The notes under the pieces were generated by a model that saw only the letters and a list, made by a program, of their open reading frames with translations, had not been told where the DNA came from and did not search any database. A DNA stretch of 64,000 nucleotides. Origin: Thiotrichaceae bacterium. GTDB taxonomy: Bacteria; Pseudomonadota; Gammaproteobacteria; Beggiatoales; Beggiatoaceae. Where the stretch lies: assembly GCA_029939505.1 (NCBI GenBank), contig JAOZSV010000005.1:477-64476 (forward strand), in the 5' to 3' direction. Positions 56,116 through 62,423 of the stretch are shown piece after piece (position 1 is the first letter of the stretch; every line of letters starts with the position of its first letter). The translations under genes and the position numbers were made by a program.

Positions 56116-57288
56116 ATGGAAATTGAACTAACCCCTCAACAAGTACAGGAACAGGACATTTTCAGAGCTTTTGTTTCTGAAGAGATTGCACCTTATGCGG
56201 ATCAATATGATCAAGACGAATGTACGCCCGATGAGGTGATTAAAAAACTCGCGGAGATTGGCTATTTAGGTGCGATAATCCCTAAAGAACATGGTGGACA
56301 GGGGATGGATGCGATCACCTTTGGCCTTCTGTGTGAGGAAATTGGGCGAGGTAGTGCTTCGTTGCTAAGTTTGTTAACTGTTCATGGCATGGTTTGTCAG
56401 GCGATTCTTAAATGGGGGAGTGCTTCTCAAAAAGCAAGTTGGCTCCCTAAATTAGCCACAGGTGAAGCTATCGGGGCTTTTGGTTTAACCGAACCCAATA
56501 TCGGTAGTGATGCTAAAAATGTCGAAAGCACTGCGCTTTATTCCAATAATTCGTATGTTTTAACGGGTGAAAAGAAATGGATTTCTTTTGGACAGCTTGC
56601 CAACTTATTTTTAATTATTGCCCAATGTGATGGCAAACCATCGGCTTTCCTTGTTGAAAGAAATACACCGGGTTTTTCCACCGCTCCAATTACTGGATTG
56701 TTGGGATTTAGATCGGCGATGTTAGCCAAAGTGCATCTGAACAAGTGCCAAGTTCCAGAAGAAAATTTGGTTGGCAAAGTAGGTTTCGGGTTTTCCCATG
56801 TTGCCGGTGCTGCCTTGGATCATGGTCGATATTGTGTGGGTTGGGGTTGTCTGGGACTGGCTCAAGCTTGTTTGAATGCCTGTCTCAGTTACACGAGTGA
56901 GCGAAAACAGTTTGGCTCGTTTTTAAAAGGACACCAGCTAATTCAGCAAATGATAGCGGAGATGATTACTAACATCAAAGCGGCAAGGTTGCTTTGTTAT
57001 CATGCTGGTTATCTGAAAGACAAGGGTGATCCGTCACTAATTATGGAAACTTCGATAGCTAAATATTTTGCTTCTCGAATGGTAAGCAAAGTGGCGGATG
57101 ATGCGGTGCAAATTCACGGTGCTAATGGTTGCAGCAGTGACTACCCAGTGCAAAGGTATCTGCGAGATGCTAAAATCATGGAAATCATCGAAGGCAGCAC
57201 TCAGATGCAACAAATCATCATAGCCAAATCTGGTTATCATAGTTTTGCGTTAGAGAAAAGAAAAGCCCGACAAAAGGAGAAAACATGA
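56116..57288 (+). CDS. Acyl-CoA dehydrogenase family protein (FkbI/ZmaE-like)
   Basis: 390-aa ORF with GGAG upstream of the ATG. Motifs: GLTEPNIGSDA, KKWISFG, and C-terminal HGANGCSSDYPVQRYLRDAKIMEIIEGSTQMQQIIIAK, typical of the ACAD fold. Confidence 0.85.
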   Translation: MEIELTPQQVQEQDIFRAFVSEEIAPYADQYDQDECTPDEVIKKLAEIGYLGAIIPKEHGGQGMDAITFGLLCEEIGRGSASLLSLLTVHGMVCQAILKWGSASQKASWLPKLATGEAIGAFGLTEPNIGSDAKNVESTALYSNNSYVLTGEKKWISFGQLANLFLIIAQCDGKPSAFLVERNTPGFSTAPITGLLGFRSAMLAKVHLNKCQVPEENLVGKVGFGFSHVAGAALDHGRYCVGWGCLGLAQACLNACLSYTSERKQFGSFLKGHQLIQQMIAEMITNIKAARLLCYHAGYLKDKGDPSLIMETSIAKYFASRMVSKVADDAVQIHGANGCSSDYPVQRYLRDAKIMEIIEGSTQMQQIIIAKSGYHSFALEKRKARQKEKT

Positions 57289-58337
57289 CAACTGAAAGTT
57301 CTCCCCAAAAAAGCGAGCAGAAGGTCAAATGCGTCGTTTGGGATTTGGATAACACATTATGGGATGGAGTATTGTTGGAAAGTGATCAGGTTTCTCTACG
57401 TGATGGAGTAACGGACATTATTAAAACGCTGGACAAGCGTGGTATTTTGCAATCAACTGCTAGTAAAAATGAATATGACCATGCCATGACACAACTTAAG
57501 GCGTTTGGTTTGTCAGAGTACTTTATATATCCGCAAATTAATTGGAATTCCAAAGCGCAAAATATTGAGACGATTGCCAGAAAAATCAATATAGGTATTG
57601 ACACTTTTGCCTTTATTGACGATCAACCTTTTGAACGGGAAGAAGTTAATTTTTCACAGCCGGACGTGCTTTGTATTGATGCGGCGGATATTGATAAATT
57701 ACTAGATATGCCGGAAATGAATCCTCGTTTTATCACAGACGATTCCTCCAAACGGCGGTTAATGTATATCAGCGATATAGAGCGTGACAATATAGAAGAG
57801 AATTTTGTCGGCCCGAAAGAAAATTTCCTGGCCACCCTCAATATGGTATTAACCATTGCACCGGCACAGGAAGATGATTTAAAACGGGCCGAAGAATTAA
57901 CGGTACGCACCCATCAATTGAATACCACTGGGGATACTTACTCTTATGAAGAATTGGATCATTTTCGTCAGTCTGATCAGCACATCTTATTGGTTGCCAG
58001 CCTTAACGACAAATATGGAACATACGGCAAAATTGGTTTGACGCTGATAGAATGTAATGAGGATGTGTGGACAATCAAACTCTTGTTAATGTCCTGTCGC
58101 GTCATGTCAAGAGGTGTTGGCAGTGTGATGATTAATCACCTCAGAAATGAAGCGAGAAAAAACAATGTTCGTCTGCAAGCGGAATTCATCTCCAACGACA
58201 GAAATCGGATGATGTATATGACGTATAAATTCGCCCATTTTAAGGAAAAGGAAAAAATCAACGACCGAGTCATTTTAGAAAATGATTTAAGTCAAGTTCA
58301 AAAATTTCCAGAATATTTAACGGTTAATATTTTTTAA
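57285..58337 (+). CDS. FkbH-like HAD-phosphatase/glyceryl-transferase protein
   Basis: 350-aa ORF. Its ATG overlaps the upstream stop (ATGA at 57285-57288), and AAGGAGA lies upstream. Motifs: KCVVWDLDNTLWDGVL (HAD DxDxT), FIDDQPFEREEV, and LLLMSCRVMSRGVGS (conserved Cys region of FkbH-family proteins). Confidence 0.85.
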   Translation: MTTESSPQKSEQKVKCVVWDLDNTLWDGVLLESDQVSLRDGVTDIIKTLDKRGILQSTASKNEYDHAMTQLKAFGLSEYFIYPQINWNSKAQNIETIARKINIGIDTFAFIDDQPFEREEVNFSQPDVLCIDAADIDKLLDMPEMNPRFITDDSSKRRLMYISDIERDNIEENFVGPKENFLATLNMVLTIAPAQEDDLKRAEELTVRTHQLNTTGDTYSYEELDHFRQSDQHILLVASLNDKYGTYGKIGLTLIECNEDVWTIKLLLMSCRVMSRGVGSVMINHLRNEARKNNVRLQAEFISNDRNRMMYMTYKFAHFKEKEKINDRVILENDLSQVQKFPEYLTVNIF

Positions 58338-58422
58338 CGGTTAATCATAGTCCACGTAGCTGGTATTTGATAATCTGTTTTGCGCCAGTGAACGCCCAAT
58401 GTTGAAAATAACAGTTTATGAT

Positions 58423-58518
58423 TAGACTTGTCCCTTAATAAGTAAGCGTAAACCCTTGAAAATACTAAATATAAAAACGATATGAATCAATAACTTAGCT
58501 TATTAAGGGACAAGTCTA
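58423..58518. repeat. Perfect 20-bp inverted repeat with 56-nt spacer
   Basis: TAGACTTGTCCCTTAATAAG (58423-58442) and CTTATTAAGGGACAAGTCTA (58499-58518), read directly. A separate small hairpin, GCGAACA-TAAG-TGTTCGC, lies at 58527-58544. Confidence 0.8.
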
Positions 58519-58620
58519 TTGTAGGAGCGAACATAAGTGTTCGCCCTAAATATAGGATGAAAAATGCTCAAGCTTTTGGCAACATATTTAACACCACACA
58601 ACCAATTGTAAGAATTTCTC

Positions 58621-60705
58621 ATGTTAATTGAATTGACTTTACTCAGCAGTGCTGTGGCTTATTTGTTAACACGTCACAGGGACCAATCTCCTCCAAATAA
58701 AAAGTCGGTATCGGCAGATAGCGTTCAACCGTCACACACAAAGGGCTTCAGTCCCAAACAACTGTTCAAAGATGTGAAAAGTGCCCTGAGCGATGATGAA
58801 CGTCAACAACAGTTAATCTCCAGCACCGGCAAAGAAATGCAAAAAGCCCAACAGGATGTCAACCACGATATCATGATTTCGGCCGGGGCGGTCGCGACGG
58901 CCTTATTGGGAACGGTATCTCCACTGTTTACTGTGCTGAGTGTGATAGGTGTGTTATATTTATCACGCGATGTTTTTCGCTTTATTTGGCGCGATATCAA
59001 ATCCGGACGTATTTTTAGCACGTTTATAATTGGCGGAATTATGACAGTAGGCATGATTGTTAAAGGCCATTTAATATTGGCTGCCATGGGGGGATTGATA
59101 GGTGGATTCCTAGTTAAAATTATTGAGAAAACCGAAGACAATTCCAAAAAACAATTGGTAAATGTTTTTGGCCACCCACCACAGGTATGGATAAAAAAAG
59201 ACGACGTGGAAATACAAGTCGATTTTACCAGCATACAGGCGGGCGATATTGTGATTGTCAACGCCGGAGAAATCATCCCTGTAGATGGTCAGATTCATGA
59301 CGGTTTGGCCACCATCGATCAACATATCCTCACGGGTGAAAGTCAGCCAATGGAAAAAGCTTCCGGGGATAAGGTGTTTGCCGCTACACTGCTGCTGTCC
59401 GGGCGCATTAGCATCTTGGTTGAAACGGCGGGAGAAAAAACAGTTGCAGCCCAAATCGGTAAAGTGCTCAACAATACTCAAAACTATAAGGATCAGCTGG
59501 CTATTCGTGGAAAAGAAATTGCGGATAAATTTTTGCCCATCGAATTAGCTATCAGTGCCGTTACTTGGCCACTGATGGGAACGGATGCAGCTATAACTAT
59601 ACTCTGGTCTGCCCTAGGTAGTAACATGATTTATGCAGGTCCACTCACTGTCCTGTTTTATCTACAAATTCTCTCCCGCCACGGCATTTTGATCAAAGAT
59701 GGGCGAGTGCTGGAATCGCTACGCCAAGTTGATACTGTGATCTTTGACAAAACGGGTACCTTGACTTTGGAACAACCAGCGGTAGGCAAAATTCACAGTT
59801 TGGGTGACTGGGATGAAAACACTTTGTTAGGCTATGCGGCGGCGGCTGAATATCGTCAACCTCACCCGATAGCTAAAGCCATTCTGGATAAAGCTGCCAG
59901 CAGAAACTTAGAACTGCCCAATTTAGATGCAGCCAACTATGAAGTAGGCTACGGCATTAAAGTCACGATTGATGGGCAATTGATTCGGGTCGGTAGTGCC
60001 CGTTTTATGACCCGCGAAGGTATTGAACTATCAGAAGTCGCCCAAAACATCCAAACCCTCGCTTCGGCAGAAGGTTTTTCGCTGATTTATGTTGGTATCA
60101 ATCAACAACTTGGTGGTATCTTGGAAATGCACCCCAGTATCCGTCCTGAAGCTATTGAAATCATTCAGTATCTGAAACAACGCGGTATAAAACTTTACAT
60201 TATTTCCGGAGATCATGAACATCCCACTCGTCGTATGGCAGAAACTTTGGACATCGAGCACTACTTCGCGGAAGTTTTGCCAGAAAACAAGGCTAAATTG
60301 GTTAAAGAACTGTGTGAACAGGGCAAATTTGTTTGTTTTATCGGTGACGGCATCAATGATGCGATTGCTCTTAAATCTGCCCAAGTTTCCATTTCCCTTA
60401 AAGGGGCTTCCAGCGTAGCCACCGATACGGCCCAAATCATCTTGATGGATGGGACCTTGAACCATATTGAATTACTGTTTCACCTTGCCGATGAATTTGA
60501 AAACTCCATGCGCACCAACTTCCTCTTCACCGTTGTACCCGGTATTATCTGCATCGGGGGGGTGTATTTCTTGCACTTTGGCATTGCAACTGGAATGATG
60601 ATATACTATGGAAGCAGTATTGTCGGAATAATTAAGACCATGATGCCACTAGCTTATCATCAGGATGATAAGCCGAAACAACTGCCGCTGCATAGTGCAG
60701 ATTAG
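58621..60705 (+). CDS. P-type ATPase, P1B-like core but without CPx motif or N-terminal metal-binding domain
   Basis: 694-aa ORF. Motifs: TGESQPMEK, DKTGTLT (Asp codon 59746-59748), HP motif in RQPHPIAKAIL, GDGINDAIAL. The helix upstream of DKTGT reads ILWSALGSNMIYAGPL (Pro codon 59641-59643) where P1B pumps have CPC/CPH/SPC. There is no CxxC N-terminal domain. Confidence 0.85.
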   Translation: MLIELTLLSSAVAYLLTRHRDQSPPNKKSVSADSVQPSHTKGFSPKQLFKDVKSALSDDERQQQLISSTGKEMQKAQQDVNHDIMISAGAVATALLGTVSPLFTVLSVIGVLYLSRDVFRFIWRDIKSGRIFSTFIIGGIMTVGMIVKGHLILAAMGGLIGGFLVKIIEKTEDNSKKQLVNVFGHPPQVWIKKDDVEIQVDFTSIQAGDIVIVNAGEIIPVDGQIHDGLATIDQHILTGESQPMEKASGDKVFAATLLLSGRISILVETAGEKTVAAQIGKVLNNTQNYKDQLAIRGKEIADKFLPIELAISAVTWPLMGTDAAITILWSALGSNMIYAGPLTVLFYLQILSRHGILIKDGRVLESLRQVDTVIFDKTGTLTLEQPAVGKIHSLGDWDENTLLGYAAAAEYRQPHPIAKAILDKAASRNLELPNLDAANYEVGYGIKVTIDGQLIRVGSARFMTREGIELSEVAQNIQTLASAEGFSLIYVGINQQLGGILEMHPSIRPEAIEIIQYLKQRGIKLYIISGDHEHPTRRMAETLDIEHYFAEVLPENKAKLVKELCEQGKFVCFIGDGINDAIALKSAQVSISLKGASSVATDTAQIILMDGTLNHIELLFHLADEFENSMRTNFLFTVVPGIICIGGVYFLHFGIATGMMIYYGSSIVGIIKTMMPLAYHQDDKPKQLPLHSAD

Positions 60706-60755
60706 GCGATTTCCAGAAAACAAAGTACCGCTGTCAAGGTAAAATACTCTCTTAT

Positions 60756-60902
60756 CAGCAATTCTAATAGTCTGTAACTATTTGATTTTACAGCTAAAAA
60801 AATTACAATTTTTCCTAAAATCGTCTGATTTAGGAGTGAAAATGGGTGATTGATTGATTTAAGTGATTGATTTAAAAGTGTTTGAGACAATTAGAATTGC
60901 TG
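60756..60902. mobile_element. 147-bp MITE-like element with 13-bp perfect terminal inverted repeats and a 10-bp target-site duplication
   Basis: TIRs are CAGCAATTCTAAT (60756-60768) and ATTAGAATTGCTG (60890-60902). The flanking direct repeats ACTCTCTTAT lie at 60746-60755 and 60903-60912. There is no credible ORF inside. Confidence 0.7.
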
Positions 60903-60982
60903 ACTCTCTTATCCACTTACAGCAATAAGATAAGGAGTTGATTTTGAGTGAATCTAAGGTGATTTCCTGAAAAAAATATACC

Positions 60983-61026
60983 TTCGAGGCTAAAGTTTTT
61001 TCTTTAAAAAAAACTTTAGCCTCGAA
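60983..61026. repeat. Perfect 19-bp-stem palindrome TTCGAGGCTAAAGTTTTTT / AAAAAACTTTAGCCTCGAA
   Basis: Arms at 60983-61001 and 61008-61026, loop CTTTAA. Same termini and T-run/A-run centre as the palindrome at 62818-62858. Confidence 0.8.
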
Positions 61027-61077
61027 AATAATGCGCCACGACGGTTGCGGTTAAATAAAATACCCACAAATCATAAC

Positions 61078-62260
61078 TAGTACATTGTCAAATGAATTTG
61101 GTCTGGTAAAATATTCTCCCCACATATATGAGAAAATCCAATGACTAAAAAATATATTGTCTGTTTGACAACTGATGAACGTTCAGAATTAGAAAATCTG
61201 GTAAATAAAGGAAAAATCGCGGCTTATAAACGTCTTCATGCACAAATTTTACTTAAAGCTGATATAAGTGAAAAAGGGCCAGGATGGACTGATAGTCAAA
61301 TCCGTGAAGCTTTCGATGTCAATATAAAGACAATTGAACGGCTACGGCTACGTCTAGTTGAAAAAGGTTTAGAAGGTGCTATAAATCGAGCGAAATCCCA
61401 AAAAAAAAGTACATTTAAGATAGATGGCGAAGTTGAAGCACATCTTATTGCTTTAAGTTGTAATGAAGCACCAGAGGGAAGGAGTCGTTGGACATTACGC
61501 TTATTAGCAGATAAGATCGTTGAATTGGAATACATAGATAGTATATCTCATGAAAGTAGAAGTCAAGTTTTGAAAAAAAACCAAATCAAGCCATGGCAAA
61601 GAATGGTGTATCCCTCCAGATGAGAATGCAGAATTTGTCCATGGAAATATAAAAAACCTTATGACGAGGCTCATCCAATCGTGTGCATGGATGAAAGTAG
61701 TAAACAACAAATAAAAGAAGTACGAGAACCGATTTATACACCTGGCCACGTCGAACGTTATGATTTTGAATATGAGCGTAATGGGGTAAGTAATTTATTT
61801 CTATTTTTTGAACCTTTAGTTGGTTGGCGGCATGTTGAAGTAACCGATCAGCGAACCGCTATTGATTGGGCATATCAAGTACGTGATTTAGTAGATGTTG
61901 ATTATCCAAAAGCAGAACGTATTACTTTAGTTATGGATAACCTTAATACTCATTGTGCTGCTTCTCTATATAAAGCTTTTGAACCTTCAGAAGCACGTCG
62001 GATTTTTGAACGTTTAGATATCCAATATACACCCAAACATGGTAGTTGGTTAAATATGGCTGAAATAGAATTAAGTATCTTGAGTCGTCAATGTTTGGAT
62101 CGTCGAATTCCAGATCAAGACTTCTTACGAACCGAGGTGGAAGAATGGGTCAATGATCGTAATGCTCATTCTTCCTCTATGAATTGGCAATTTAGGACTG
62201 AGGATGCCAGAATAAAACGACGAAGACTTTACCCGACACTTAATGCTTGACAGTGTACTA
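61078..62260 (+). mobile_element. IS630-family insertion sequence (about 1.18 kb) flanked by TA
   Basis: Terminal inverted repeats are TAGTACATTGTCAA (61078-61091) and TTGACAGTGTACTA (62247-62260), 13/14 complementary, each with the outermost TA typical of IS630/Tc1 target duplication. The transposase frames lie inside. Confidence 0.8.
61141..62250 (+). pseudogene. IS630-family DDE transposase, disrupted
   Basis: An HTH part (61141-61623) and a DDE part (61681-62250; CMDE, VMDNLNTH, WLNMAEIE) are in the same frame. The conserved KEWCIPPDENAEFV segment (61598-61639) is in the +1 frame. A TGA at 61621-61623 closes the main frame. About 6 codons appear to be missing before KKPYDEAHP. Confidence 0.75.
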
Positions 62261-62358
62261 TAGTTCTTCGCAGATGAAAAGGTATTTTTAAAAAAATCAT
62301 ATGTTATAACCTACATTTCGCAGTTATAAAATCGAAAAAATTAAATTGATATTAGTTG

Positions 62359-62386
62359 TTGCAAAAACTTTCAAATCAATTATAAT
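62359..62386 (+). promoter_or_regulatory. Candidate promoter of the IS1634/IS4-like transposase gene
   Basis: TTGCAA (62359-62364), 16-nt spacer, TATAAT (62381-62386), about 40 nt upstream of ATG 62424. Confidence 0.35.
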
Positions 62387-62423
62387 TAAGTACCAAATTA
62401 TTAGTCTAATAGAATAAGGAAAA

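Noticed and set aside
60702-60890. 62-aa minus-strand ORF downstream of the ATPase gene
   Set aside because: It lies almost entirely within the MITE-like element, is AT-rich and low-complexity, and has no motif.
61573-61623. Programmed -1 frameshift at the A8 run, to fuse the two IS630 ORFs
   Set aside because: The two ORFs are in the same frame. The out-of-frame conserved block begins about 20 nt after the A-run and returns to frame with an apparent deletion, which fits mutational decay better than recoding.
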